DNA of 62,934 nucleotides, filler included, from Octopus bimaculoides (Eukaryota), in the NCBI RefSeq assembly GCF_001194135.2. It is 7 parts of 7 records of this genome, joined end to end, with 100 filler letters (N's around TTAATTAATTAA, not from the genome) between each part and the next. Parts side by side here need not be neighbours in the genome. Positions count along the whole stretch, not along the records: positions 1 to 14,746 come from NW_026367306.1; positions 14,847 to 19,937 come from NC_068993.1; positions 20,038 to 33,941 come from NC_068981.1; 4 more parts are not named here. One strand, written 5' to 3'. Positions within the stretch are counted from its first letter, which is position 1. The number at the start of each line of letters is the position of its first letter. The notes under the pieces were generated by a model. That model had not been told where the DNA came from and did no database searches. It was given only the letters and a program-made list of their open reading frames with translations. Of the stretch, positions 12,933 to 25,785 are shown piece after piece. Position numbers and translations under genes: made by a program.

Positions 12933-14055
12933 ATATCACGGATCACAAGCACTGGTATGGCTACACGGTTAAGACATTCGCGTCACAACCATTTATTTTT
13001 GTTTCAGTCCCACTGTACGCGTATCTTGAGCAAGCCTCTTATTCTATTTTATGATAACTCAAGTTATTCTTTGTTGTCAGAAGGATTGAAGGAAAGAATT
13101 CTAAAATTCCAACTAAACAAAAATTAAATGTGCATATCCCGTAATAAAATGTAATTCTGTTACCTGACTTACACGGTAACAATACTAGCTACTCAAGATG
13201 CTCGTTAATCGGGGACACCTTAGCCAAGCATAGTCCAATTAATGGCTGACAAACTTTCCGAGCGTNNNNNNNNNNNNNNNNNNNNNNNNNNNNNNNNNNN
13301 NNNNNNNNNNNNNNNNNNNNNNNNNNNNNNNNNNNNNNNNNNNNNNNNNNNNNNNNNNNNNNNNNNNNNNNNNNNNNNNNNNNNNNNNNNNNNNNNNNNN
13401 NNNNNNNNNNNNNNNNNNNNNNNNNNNNNNNNNNNNNNNNNNNNNNNNNNNNNNNNNNNNNNNNNNNNNNNNNNNNNNNNNNNNNNNNNNNNNNNNNNNN
13501 NNNNNNNNNNNNNNNNNNNNNNNNNNNNNNNNNNNNNNNNNNNNNNNNNNNNNNNNNNNNNNNNNNNNNNNNNNNNNNNNNNNNNNNNNNNNNNNNNNNN
13601 NNNNNNNNNNNNNNNNNNNNNNNNNNNNNNNNNNNNNNNNNNNNNNNNNNNNNNNNNNNNNNNNNNNNNNNNNNNNNNNNNNNNNNNNNNNNNNNNNNNN
13701 NNNNNNNNNNNNNNNNNNNNNNNNNNNNNNNNNNNNNNNNNNNNNNNNNNNNNNNNNNNNNNNNNNNNNNNNNNNNNNNNNNNNNNNNNNNNNNNNNNNN
13801 NNNNNNNNNNNNNNNNNNNNNNNNNNNNNNNNNNNNNNNNNNNNNNNNNNNNNNNNNNNNNNNNNNNNNNNNNNNNNNNNNNNNNNNNNNNNNNNNNNNN
13901 NNNNNNNNNNNNNNNNNNNNNNNNNNNNNNNNNNNNNNNNNNNNNNNNNNNNNNNNNNNNNNNNNNNNNNNNNNNNNNNNNNNNNNNNNNNNNNNNNNNN
14001 NNNNNNNNNNNNNNNNNNNNNNNNNNNNNNNNNNNNNNNNNNNNNNNNNNNNNNN

Positions 14056-14098
<43 letters not shown>

Positions 14099-14711
14099 CA
14101 TTCACTGATTAAGCAAATGAAAATAATGACATTGGAAATTTTCCCAAGGGTACCTTCTACAAGAGAAACATATTCATGTGTGCTTGTGTGCATGAGTGTG
14201 TTGGTATGCCTGTGTACATATATGGGAGCATATACACACACACGCATATACATACGCCCATCATACATACATGTTTAGATAGGTGCTTGTAAAAGTGTGT
14301 GCTTAGGTCGCACATATATCATGTAGGTAGATATAAAAGATAGTTTATTCGCATCTACTTTGCCATTTCGCCGCCCTCGATTTCATAATCCATTCTTAAC
14401 TTACAATCTCACATTATTTATGGCCTTTATTTATCTAATTGTCTAAAAATGTATTTCAAACATTTTTAGCGGTTTTTTTCCCCCAACCTATCATCACTCC
14501 TTTTCTACGTCTTTTGCCAACATCTTCCTCAACCATTCTCAATTTCTACATCTACATATTCAAGTACGTATATGCCTGAGTAGATAGGTAGCTGCTTGCG
14601 AGTGAATGGGTAGGTGCGTATAAATACATATAAACGAAATATATATGTATAAACATATATATATACACACACACACACACACATAAAACAAATATGTATT
14701 ATATATATATA

Positions 14712-14742
<31 letters not shown>

Positions 14743-14746
14743 AGAT

Positions 14747-14846
14747 NNNNNNNNNNNNNNNNNNNNNNNNNNNNNNNNNNNNNNNNNNNNTTAATTAATT
14801 AANNNNNNNNNNNNNNNNNNNNNNNNNNNNNNNNNNNNNNNNNNNN
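14747..14846. other. Artificial contig-join spacer (44 N + TTAATTAATTAA + 44 N); identical spacers at 19938-20037, 33942-34041, 38179-38278, 53451-53550 and 60347-60446
   Basis: Identical 100-bp layout six times; TTAATTAATTAA gives stop codons in all six frames. Confidence 0.95.
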
Positions 14847-14873
14847 ATATATATATATATATATATATATATA

Positions 14874-15040
14874 GGCGCAGGAGTGGCTGTGTGATAAGCA
14901 GCTTGCTTACCAGCCACATGGTCCCGGGTTCAGTCCCACTGCATGGCACCTTGGGCAAGTGTCTTCTACTATAGCCCCAGGCCGACCAAAGCCTTGTGAG
15001 TGGATTTGGTAGACGGAAACCGAAGGAAGCCCGTCGTATA
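14874..15040 (+). mobile_element. SINE 5' half (same family as 1328-1743)
   Basis: AGGCGCAGGAGTGGCTGTGTGATAAG...GGTTCAGTCCCACTGCATGGCACCTTGGGCAAGTGTC. Confidence 0.8.
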
Positions 15041-18000
15041 TATGTAATGGTTTGTATGTATGTATGCATACATACATGTGTGTACGCATGTATACATACG
15101 TATTTATATATCATTCATCGACGCATACTCAACAAGGAGGTAAACCTCAACGAAAAATCGGTGCTCTTCAAATGCAACCCTTTGCAAAAAGGAATTTCTA
15201 TGCAGCAGCTCACCATCGTTGTTAGAAATGCAGTAGACCAATGATTGGTCTGTTGGAAACCTGTAACTAAAGACACTCGTTCTCAAACTAGGAAATTTTT
15301 AGAAAGCAAAATTGGTAAATGATTGCAAAGAAGTTTCGAAACCTAATCGCGAAAACGACTGGTAATATCTGTCGTCTACTCTCCTATTCCACTTCAGTAC
15401 CTTGATATCATCGCTTCAAAATTTATCTTCTAGCTGGAGGGAGAGCCTGCACATCACGACTCAGCACGCTAGAAATAATTGCTAAATCTCGCTTACAACG
15501 CATTAAATTATGTTTTAGAAATTTATTTAAAATATAAAAACAGTCACGGTTGGATTGCTCAATTTCAAACGCAAACTCTCTCATGATCAATTTGTCATCA
15601 CACATTCTCATCCAGTCACTAATCTTCTACTATAATAATATTCTTCTATTTTCCTCCGTCACAAAATATGAATGAGAAAGGAAGTGGTGATAGATGAATT
15701 AGGGAAGAAGGGGTGATGGCAAATTAGTGGAGGGAGCGTTTCAACTGTGTATGAGTATATGTGTGTGTATGTAAAAGGGAGATGTATGAATGTGTGTGTG
15801 TGTGTGTGTGTNNNNNNNNNNNNNNNNNNNNNNNNNNNNNNNNNNNNNNNNNNNNNNNNNNNNNNNNNNNNNNNNNNNNNNNNNNNNNNNNNNNNNNNNN
15901 NNNNNNNNNNNNNNNNNNNNNNNNNNNNNNNNNNNNNNNNNNNNNNNNNNNNNNNNNNNNNNNNNNNNNNNNNNNNNNNNNNNNNNNNNNNNNNNNNNNN
16001 NNNNNNNNNNNNNNNNNNNNNNNNNNNNNNNNNNNNNNNNNNNNNNNNNNNNNNNNNNNNNNNNNNNNNNNNNNNNNNNNNNNNNNNNNNNNNNNNNNNN
16101 NNGCGTGCGTGTGTGTGTGTGCGTGCGTGTGTGTGTGTGTGTATGCAATGGAAGTGGGATGGTGAACATTCAACGCTGAAAAGAAAAATTAAACAACGTT
16201 TCAACTCTGTGTGAGTATATGTGTGTATGTGTACAAGCGAAGTATGTGAATGTTTGTATGTGAATCAACGTTCTTTCAATAACAAACGGTAATCGATGTC
16301 ACATCTCAAAAGACAACCACGAGATAACATTGACAAGTGTATTAATTTGATTTACCAGCCATATTTATATATAAAATACAATAAGCCGTCATTTTTTACG
16401 GTACGGGGTCAGCTATTATTTATATATTTTACTACGTTTATCCTACTTAGCAACTCCATCTCTCTCTCTCTCTCTCTCTACTTGTCTGTCTATCCGTCCG
16501 TCAGTCTCTCTCTCTCTCTCTCTCTCTATTCTACTCTACTCTCTTGTTTATGTCTTTTATGCGTGTATGGGTGTAGTTTTGTGTTTGTGTGTCTGACAGC
16601 CGTTGATTGTTGGAGGAGGGAGAGAGACAGAATCAGAACCAGAGCTGTTTACACACAGCTGCTGTGATATTGAAGTTGCAGCCAACAAACTGACGGGAGA
16701 TAACAACTGGAAATATACATGAATTTTGAAAAAATATCATATATTAATACAAAATAAACAGATTTACAATAATAACACATGAAAAATTTTAAGTATTATA
16801 CATTCTAAATAAATATTTGGTAATTATTGCAAAATATTAAATACCTAATTAAATAACACTACAAGCATAGATCTTTACGTAAATTAGATAACCATTAATA
16901 AATATTCTGAAGTATTTTCTGAGTATATATACAGATTGGAAATATACTGTATTGAAGTCCGTTCCTGCTAAGCCGATTTAGCCTCTTTCATCTTCCCTTG
17001 GTGTACCTCTTCTAATTTACTAAAGGCACTCTAAGGCTTTTGTAATACTGTTGTATTACGATAGCATAGGCTTACGTGTACTTCTCATACTGACTTACTT
17101 GAAGACACTGTTCTACTGCATGGGCTTTAGCTACTATGGTCTGTGCTTAGCAGGGTCCCTTGACTTCTTTTTAACTCAATTATATAGAACGAATAGATTG
17201 ATATCTTTCTACATTTTTTGCATTCTCGAACTTTCTGAATAGTAATTTACACAAATTCTCAGACTTTGTCGCAAGTTGAAAATGCAAAGTGACATGCAAT
17301 GAAAGGATTACACGTCGTACACAATGGCTATTCACGTTTCATTCTCTGTCAAGTGTCATTTATGTGAGCATCAAAAAATGCATGTTTTGAGAGTGGGTGG
17401 CACTGGTTAAGGTCGAAGACGACTGTATTCAGAAATCTTACACAAACGCACAGAAATTAATCACGAACGCGCGCGCACACACATTATACACACACATATG
17501 TATATGTCGACGGACGTATCAAACATGCATTTTACTCTATTTTTTGCCTTTTTTACAAAATGTTTCTTCGGACTCCCATGCATTTAACACCTATACTTGA
17601 TACTTTGGTGGAGTTTGGCTGAGGGGAACGGGAAAAACTTTGCTACAATATTCCTTAGTTCAATAGGGCAGGGATTGTTGTTTCGAAAGCCGGGAAAGAA
17701 GGTGATTTAAACATTTTAAATGTTGGCAAAAAGATATTTTTTAGAGATTTGGTTGTTATTTCTAGTATGTGGGGCGATCATATTAAGGCTGCTCTCATCT
17801 GGTCTGAGGCCAGAAAAGCTTTAACGCCTGCGCAGATGAGCGGTACAGAGGTACAGATATGAGGGGATTAGGGGTAATATTCCGAAAGCCCGGAGAAAAT
17901 AGGGAGATTTGTTTAAAAAAAAAACAAATATTAAAAGTGAGTTGCTTTTAAAGAATACCATAACATCACAATTTCAGACATGAAAATTTTTTTTAAATGG

Positions 18001-18088
18001 TTTTCGAGACAAACTAGGAATTTGAAAACACTGTTGGAAAAGGAAATAAACAAATGCGGGGGAAAGGTGCAATCGATATTTCTGCTTA

Positions 18089-18206
18089 TACGAGGTAGTA
18101 CCCAAAAGAAACCGGAATTTTGCGATATTATTTTTTTTCACTTAACACGGCGAGCTGGCAGAAACGTTAGCACGCTGGGCAAACTGCTTAGCGGTATTTC
18201 GTCTGT
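18089..18206 (+). mobile_element. mariner-type terminal repeat remnant followed by a truncated SINE head (host site of the LINE)
   Basis: TA-CGAGGTAGTACCCAAAAGAAACCGGAAT at 18089; SINE head GGCGAGCTGGCAGAAACGTTAGCACG...GTATTTCGTCTGT at 18149-18206. Confidence 0.6.
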
Positions 18207-18410
18207 GTGACACCGGTTGAAATGCTTAGCGGTGTAACGGCTCCGTGAGTTTGGATTTATTAGTAATTATTTGAGTGCGTTTGTATAGTAAGTGCAAGTT
18301 TCTATTGACTGTTCTTGTGTTATTTCCTGTTATAATTATTTGTGTGATAGTCTTCGTTCGAAAACTATCGTGTATTCTCCCCTGTGGAGGAAACATTAAT
18401 CGCTGGCAAG

Positions 18411-19691
18411 ATGCCGAATAGTGTATCTTCGTCTGGCGAAGAGTCAACCGATGGAAAAAATATTGAAAGTTTATTGTTTGGAGATGTTTCAGATTCTTCT
18501 GAAGGTGAATCGCCAAAACCAACGAATTCTACTGTGAAAAGCCTTCAAACAGAAGGAAAACAAAAAAGAAGTTTTGCGTCGGCGGCTGGAGGTGGAACCC
18601 GCCAGCTGTCGACAAACAAAAGCGACCTACTAAGGTACAAAGACATGATTACAATTCAAGACGGTGTTGTCAAGATTCAACCCCTAGAGGATTATCTATC
18701 GTCAGAAAAAAAGAAAACCATCATATACAAGACATACTGTAAAAAAGAAAGAAGAATTGAGCGAGTAAGCGAGGAGAGAGTGGAAAAATGTTTGAAATCC
18801 ATCTGGCAGGATATCATATATCTGACCAGAGGTAAAAAATTTGATACCATCGAGGTACAACTAAAAAATATTGAAACGGCACAGATGCACTCGATAAATT
18901 CATTGGAAACAGAAGATTTAATTCTAATACCTATATACATGGGTATGAGGACTGCCAACATACGAATAACAAAGGTCCCTCCTAAAGTCGACCCTATGTG
19001 GCTGATGGCGGCAGTCCTGTCAAAAAAAATAGATGAGATAAATATCCTTCAGGCTAACGTCTCTGAAAAGGCAAATTGGACCGGCCACTTCATTATACAA
19101 ACGGAACAAACTGTTTTAGAACAGCTTCCAGAAAAAATAGAAGTTGGGGAGGAGTTGTTCCTCAACGGTTTTGTCGAGGGGCGTAAACCCCGATGTTTTC
19201 AGTGCGGTCAGATAGGCCATATAAAAAAATACTGTAAGGAAGGCGAGGAGGAATCTGAAGGTGAGGAGGAAGAGAAAGATAAAGAAACCGAAGGAAAGAA
19301 AATTACCAGTAAAAGAAAAATAGAAAATGCTAACCAAGTAAAACAAGTAGAACAACGACCAACAAAAGCAGCAAAAAGAAACCGACCACAAATAACAAGG
19401 AAAGAAGTGGAAGACAGAGGGATAGTAACACTTCACAGCAAAAATGTTGATTTAATGAGAGAAATAAAAGCAAAAGAATCAGCCACCAGAATAACAGAAC
19501 TGTCTGAAAAATTTCAAAATTATGAACTATACGAAATGGATTCAAAGATTCATAAGATTTTATTAAATACATACAGAACGTCTGTATCGGCAATGAGACT
19601 GGAATTTAACCAGTTAATTTTTCAAGACTTGCCACCTCCGACCCTATGTCAAGAAAAGGTGGAGTGTCCCTCTCCACCGGACAAGCCCTGA
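18411..19691 (+). CDS. LINE ORF1p (gag-like nucleic-acid-binding protein, 426 aa)
   Basis: First ATG at 18411, uninterrupted to TGA at 19689-19691; zinc knuckle CFQCGQIGHIKKYC (CX2CX4HX4C); acidic/basic low-complexity tract after the knuckle. Confidence 0.85.
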   Translation: MPNSVSSSGEESTDGKNIESLLFGDVSDSSEGESPKPTNSTVKSLQTEGKQKRSFASAAGGGTRQLSTNKSDLLRYKDMITIQDGVVKIQPLEDYLSSEKKKTIIYKTYCKKERRIERVSEERVEKCLKSIWQDIIYLTRGKKFDTIEVQLKNIETAQMHSINSLETEDLILIPIYMGMRTANIRITKVPPKVDPMWLMAAVLSKKIDEINILQANVSEKANWTGHFIIQTEQTVLEQLPEKIEVGEELFLNGFVEGRKPRCFQCGQIGHIKKYCKEGEEESEGEEEEKDKETEGKKITSKRKIENANQVKQVEQRPTKAAKRNRPQITRKEVEDRGIVTLHSKNVDLMREIKAKESATRITELSEKFQNYELYEMDSKIHKILLNTYRTSVSAMRLEFNQLIFQDLPPPTLCQEKVECPSPPDKP

Positions 19692-19705
19692 TTAACAGGT
19701 AAGAC

Positions 19706-19937
19706 ATGTCTGTTCACAATTGTTGTTTAAATGTTCGTGGCCTGTTGTCTAGCTGGAAGCAAGGACGCTTCCTAAATGACATCAGGTCAAGAAAATTGGA
19801 TGTGATTGTTGCAACGGAAACCCGAGTAAAGAGGCCAAGAGATCTGCCCCCCCCCCTCCTGAACGGCTACGAGAAATACGTTTCTCCGAGTCGGGCGGGA
19901 GGTAGGGGTGGGGTGTTGGTCCTACTAAAAAGAAACC
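19706..19937 (+). CDS. LINE ORF2p N-terminus (apurinic-like endonuclease), truncated
   Basis: CLNVRGL (motif I, NVRG) and LDVIVATETRV (motif II, xxETx); runs into a gap. Confidence 0.85.
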
Positions 19938-20037
19938 NNNNNNNNNNNNNNNNNNNNNNNNNNNNNNNNNNNNNNNNNNNNTTAATTAATTAANNNNNNN
20001 NNNNNNNNNNNNNNNNNNNNNNNNNNNNNNNNNNNNN

Positions 20038-20082
<45 letters not shown>

Positions 20083-20085
<3 letters not shown>

Positions 20086-20400
20086 AAAAAATGAGATCCG
20101 GAGATTCTCAATATAGATAACACTTAGTATTACTCAAATGATTCGAACTTCGACTCTATCGTCTTTAAGAGGGATCAATTCCGCAAGGTAAAGAGTGACT
20201 ACAAGAAGAGTCATGATGAGCAAATGCGGCGGCAATTATGAGGATAAACAAATTAGATATATAACTGCTTGGGTTTGATATACAAAATATGTATATATGT
20301 ATACATGGAAAACAAGAGAAAGCAAAGACAGAAAACCTTCAGACGATCAAGATTTAAGTATAAATTTATAGATATTTATATTAATAGATCAAACTTACAC
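20083..20400. repeat. Unclassified dispersed repeat; diverged second copy at about 47040-47340
   Basis: Shared blocks GAGATCC(G/A)GAGATTCT, ACTCAAATGATT(C/T)GAACTT, GGTAAAGAGTG(A/G)CTA, ATAAACAAAT, AACTGCTTGGGTT and GAGAAAGCAAAGAC. Confidence 0.7.
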
Positions 20401-20694
20401 AGAGTACAGACGCCAGAGAAACCAAGGGGAAGAGGTAAGATGTTATAAATGTCAAAGCTGTTTCTGAGAGTTCGGAGATCCATCATAATGTTGGTAGATG
20501 TAGTTCCTCACAGTATGTATGCCGTAATGGAAGCAAATAAACATTGAATAAATCGAACGTCCCTCATCAGTGTAGAAAAAGATCTTGCATTTCAGATCAT
20601 GATGCAAAGAAGCTTAAAGGTGGAATATTTGAATGTTGAGAGCAAATTTCATCCAACTATTTCTCTGTTATTTATGACTTATATACATACATAC

Positions 20695-20792
<98 letters not shown>

Positions 20793-20865
20793 GTATCTAT
20801 ATATATACATACATACATACATACATACATACATGTATAAAATATAACATGTATATTTACTTCAG

Positions 20866-21046
20866 CTTTATCGGAGGCCTGTATGGTAGATTGGTCGGAA
20901 TTACCTTAGTGAATATATTGAAGTCGTTTGGTAGTAAAGACCCCCATTACTGGAATTGGACGGATCCTGGAGTCTTTGCCTTAATTGGTGCAGCATCTTT
21001 CTTTGGTGGTGTTACTCGATTAACAATGGCGGTTACTATCATCATG
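20866..21046 (+). CDS. CLC chloride channel/antiporter (CLC-6/7 branch), internal exon encoding helices N-P
   Basis: ttcAG|...|GTGAGT boundaries; translation FIGGLYGRLVG...WNWTDPGVFALIGAASFFGGVTRLTMAVTIIM matches the CLC motif ALIGAAxFxGGvxRmT; ends in phase 0. Confidence 0.93.
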
Positions 21047-23390
21047 GTGAGTTATAAATAATAATCATATATTCTTTTCTTTATCCCGGTGGAGATATCT
21101 TCAGCCGAATACTTAATGTATTGGATTTTTTAGGAGTTTGTGTTTGTCATAGTGAAAACTGCCTGAGTCTGATTCAAGATAAAACTGTTTGTAAATAAAA
21201 GTCGCACTTGTACTATATATTCACAAAATTTGCTGTTTTCTGAACAATATGTTGAAGTAATGCTTAGAATAGTATTAAGTGATCTAATCACACATCTCTA
21301 ATTCTTTATCTGAATTACTGTTATAATCGTTATTAATTTTTTATAAATATTCAAGTAGTAGAATATTACGCACATTGAAGTTATTGTTGCTATAATGTTA
21401 GGCAGAATAAACTTTCACTTCAGTTTTAACACGGGTGAAATATCCACGATATCTATTCATACAATTAGAAATATATAACTAACTCTACAGATTGTGTGCA
21501 ATTGCTGTCAACATACATATTTTCATGTCACCAACGCAGCGGATTCTTACCTGTTTTATGAAGTAGCAAAATCGCCAACGCAATGGTTTGGGGTTCAAAT
21601 TTTCATAGATGTTTGAAGTATGTGCAAACATTACACTTTAGTTTTACATTATCAGCTAATCAAGCAACAGTTCTTGCATTAGATTGGCACAAAATTAAGG
21701 GTGAATTTACTGTCTTTCAGCTTCTCGCTATAGCATCTCTTTCGTGAATTCCTTACGGTTGAGTATACATGTATGTACCTAAAATGAGTAACACACCTCA
21801 TTAATTTTATGAAAAATTCTATTACATCGTCGACCGACCTGCTAGAAACAATGGCGAAGCTCCTTCAAATCAATTATTACCCTTTTAAAAGAAGGCAATT
21901 TGGAAAGTATGGTAATGCAATGCAGAAGAAAAGACCAGGTGATCAAGGATGGCATGCCATGATCAGAGAGTTTTTTTTATCAGAGCTGACCTAAGGTTAA
22001 ACAACAACAACAACAAACTTATTAAGAGAAACTAAAATTTAGGAATGAAAAACTTATAATATGGTGATAAACGGATGTTTAAACGACATCTTGAAACAAA
22101 CACTTATCTTGACGACTAAATATAGTTACATATCCAATGAATTAGTAAACATTAAACCAATTTCATTTATATTTCCATACGTATTATGTGAAAACAAAGT
22201 ATATTAATTATTGGAGTCTAAAGAAGACTTTAGTAGCAATTTTGAGAGTCGGAAACAATTATTTTGAACGAAATATTAAACCAATACGAGAACGACTTAT
22301 ATTTGCATGCTATTCTTCGTGAGTATAACAAATGAGCTTTGACAGATGAATAACTTTTCTACTTGGGGTTAGGATTGTTTTGACCGAAGTGATGTTGATA
22401 GGAGATGACGGTAATGATATGCTTTAAAATAGAGGAAGTTTAGATATGGAGGAAGAAGATAATAGTACAGTCTAGAAAATCACCTCTAATTTATTATATT
22501 GACCGGCAAATGTGACTTTGGATTTTGTGAAATGAATAAGATAGCGACAGTTTTCGATATTTGAAGAAAACCAAATAAATTAAATTTTGAAATTGATTTA
22601 TCAATGTGCAATGGTTCTTCAATTACTGTGTGTAATTAATTGCTAGTTATATGGATTTATCAGCATTAATAGTAAAATACTGCAAGGTCTCTGACTCAGA
22701 ACATTAGTGTTTCCATGTTAATTATTTCTGACTTCATCAGAAGACCACAAATTGAGTGGCATTTATATTTTCGAAGGCAGAGAATCGAGCAGAATTCAGA
22801 CTACGAAGCAAAAGGTTATATGACAAAGTACCACACAGTATGTGGTTCTGTGCTCACTCATCTTATTGTCCAGCAACATTATCCGCGTTTCGATAAATAT
22901 CGCAATCAATTTAATCAGTCAATTTAAAAAGTTAAGTTATAAAATATCCAAGAATCATTTAAAACTTTACGAGTATATGTGAGTCAGCACCAAACGAAGA
23001 AGTACTCATTTAATGCTAATTTGTTCTAGCTACTTTTATGCTATGAATAACTAACTATAGAGTATTCTCAAAACCTACTCTGTGTCTTGTATGCACACTT
23101 TATACAGTGTACAGAGTAAACATAGTGTAAATATCATAATGGTATAATCAATGTCTCGTTAGTTTAAGAACGTTAACTGTATATGACTATAAACCCGACG
23201 GACATTGCCACCTTGAACTGACTCACTACAGAAGGGTTATCTTTAAGCCCCGGGATATTTTCAATATCTACACCATGAAAATTCATGGCGTAAATTTGCG
23301 GTAACAAAAATTGCTTTTCTCGGTAATTATTTCTTTTCCATCGTTTCACAAAATTTAGTAGATTTAATTGTGACAACACAATACCAAGTG

Positions 23391-23935
23391 CATTCCAGTT
23401 TTATTTTTTAGATTTTTTCAGGAGATACATTTATTCATTTCAAAGAAGTGCACTACTCTAACCTCCTTCAATGTTGGATCCGCTGACTTCAATTCACTTC
23501 TTGTGGCGCTCCAGCCCCTTCGTGACGGCCCCATAGAAGTTCTCCAAAGTGATGGTGTCCAGGATCGTTGTAACAACCCTCTCCTCGATCTTTTCAACGT
23601 CTTCAAAATGATTACCCCAGCAGTTCTTTAGCTTGGGGAGCAACCAAATATTATAGGGAGCAAGGTCTGGACTGTTGGGAGGAAGAGAGAGACTTTTCTA
23701 ATGCCCACCTCTGTCAAGTTACCAGGATAGATTTCTGGACTGGTGCATTGTCCTGGTACAGGTACCATCAACCCGTATTGAAGTGGTCTGGCCTTCTGCG
23801 CTGAAATCTCTCCGTGAACACCTTTAAAACTTCCACAAAGTACCCTTTGTTGACTGTCGGGCCACAAGGATCCCAGTGCATGTAGATGATGACCTTGTTG
23901 TCGAAAAGGGGGATCACCATGAGCATTAAAAAATA
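23391..23935 (-). mobile_element. mariner transposase C-terminal remnant
   Basis: Frameshifted translation includes ..PTVNKGYFVEVL..RRRPD..QDNAPV and a degraded SPDLAP region. Confidence 0.75.
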
Positions 23936-23959
23936 TCATTAACCCAGAGAAGTGTATGA

Positions 23960-24016
23960 GACTACGCAGGACGTGTTGTTTCGATTAAATTTTGACCTCA
24001 TCAGCGAAGCATAGCC
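23960..24016 (-). ncRNA. Putative type I hammerhead ribozyme (degenerate)
   Basis: Minus strand: GGCTATGC-ttcg-CTGATGA-GGTCaaaatttAATC-GAAAC-aacac-GTC-ct-GCGTAGTC; core intact, GUC site, 8-bp distal stem I with wobbles. Confidence 0.5.
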
Positions 24017-24561
24017 TTCACTCTAACTGTTGAAAGAATCGTCAAGTTAATATGATACGTTGTTTATTGCAGAATAATACAATTCTTTAAAGGCCAATAT
24101 TATATCGATTTTCACATTTTTCTGTTAGATGCAACAGACTTGAACATGTTTCTGAAATGTTTTGCTATGATTCTAACCTCATCAATGAAGTATGGTCATC
24201 AACATTTTTTTCTCGATCACTCTTTCTTGCACTTTAGAGCGCAGTTATTTATTTTTAGTTAGCTTTCTAATTAGAATACTTAAAACTTAAATTAACTATT
24301 GTTTCTCGTGCGATGACATCTCTGAATTATTCTTTAAACAATTGTATTACCTTACGCCAACAAGAGTGTATGTATGTTGGATGACTCTTTCATCATAGTT
24401 TAGCAATTACAGAGAAGAGCGGAAATTCCGACTGAGATCAAAATAAAACCGAAACATGTTAAGTACTATCGACAAAGAGAGACATAACACATACACACAC
24501 ACGCACGCACGCACGCACGCACACACGCACATATACACACTCACACACGCACACACACACA

Positions 24562-24624
<63 letters not shown>

Positions 24625-24914
24625 GTTAGTTGTTCATAAGTCAGAAAAAAGTACACTCTATAAAAATGTTTTGAACAGTAATATTTTATGTAGTCATTGC
24701 TTACGTAAAGTTTCCACTGTTTGCTTCCATTCAAGTATAGTCCTGGTTAGAGCCTTACTGTTTGTTCCTTGATAAAACAAAAAATCTATATAGAATAGAT
24801 GCCAGCATATATGGCTGTCACAGAATAGCGTCACACATGCAATACCATAAACAACGAATCCAAACAGTTAACCAACAATCTACGAATAGCTGACAAGGGG
24901 AAAGCGTTAGCTAA

Positions 24915-25785
24915 GTGAAATGCATTCATTACCATGAAAGCTCATAACCCGAACTTCGCCTCTAACCTCACGTATTCTATGTTTAACCCAGCTAAATCGA
25001 AAATCGGTCTGAGAGCAAGCAGATTTTGAGAAAGATCAACAAGAACATAAGGGGAGAATCCGGCCTCTCGTTATGGCGTCATGCCAATTAAGTTATTTCA
25101 GAGATTAAGGTGAACCACGGTACAAGCGGGGCAAGGCTCACCCAATTCGATACAGTAGAATTTTATCCATCTATTTCAAAAGAGTTACTGGTTTGGTGCT
25201 TATATTCGCTACGAAATTTACTGACGTTAGCGATCGGGATATAGAATTAATAATGCACGCCTGGAAAACGCTGCATTTCAGCAAAGGTTCGGCCTGGGCC
25301 AAACAAATCGACCCAGTAGGCTCAATCGACATGGCGATGGGGCATTCGACAGAACGGATATCTGCGCGTCCATACGGTTATATATACTGTAAACCTTAAC
25401 AAAGAGTTACTCGTCAGTCCTTTCTGGTCCATACAGACATGTTACATTTAACCATCTCTAGAGGAAAAAACGAGCACACCCTGGGTACGCTTAGAAAGGG
25501 CCTAATGCACAGGCTTAGCTCCCTTCGTCTAACTTTACAGTAGTTAATTTTTCAGATGTTACGCTCTATTTGGGTACCTGTCCATACAGGCCCTGCTGTA
25601 AACCAAATGAAAGGCTGTCATATATTAACAGAACCTTCTTCCATCCACCTATTGTGTTTAAGAACTTTCTGAAGGGTATCAGTAAGAGGATTTCAAAACT
25701 ATCCTCAAATAAAGAGATTTTCAACACTTCGTCCCCATATTACAACGAGGCTTTTGGCAGCCACCTAGTTTGAGTACAGTAATAT
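24915..25785 (+). mobile_element. Penelope-like element, degraded RT fragment
   Basis: FITMKAHNPNF...NPAKSKIG..KQIL.KIN and FDTVEFYPSISKELL resemble the PLE RT motifs FITLKDHK and FDIxxFYPSI; many stops and frameshifts. Confidence 0.75.

Larger units (their letters stand above)
18207..19937 (+). mobile_element. Tx1/L1-like non-LTR retrotransposon, 5' part (UTR, ORF1, start of ORF2), truncated by a spacer
   Basis: Intact ORF1 with a CCHC knuckle, followed 14 nt after its stop by ORF2 starting with an APE endonuclease. Confidence 0.85.

Noticed and set aside
5826-16214. Many long ORFs in the supplied track composed of X, CV/HT, YI or MYVC repeats (also elsewhere in the window)
   Set aside because: They are artefacts of N gaps and di-/tetranucleotide microsatellites
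23173-23379. Open frames on both strands (QIYAMNFHGVDIENIPG.. and YDYKPDGHCHLEL..)
   Set aside because: No recognisable domain or convincing splice sites; the length is compatible with chance
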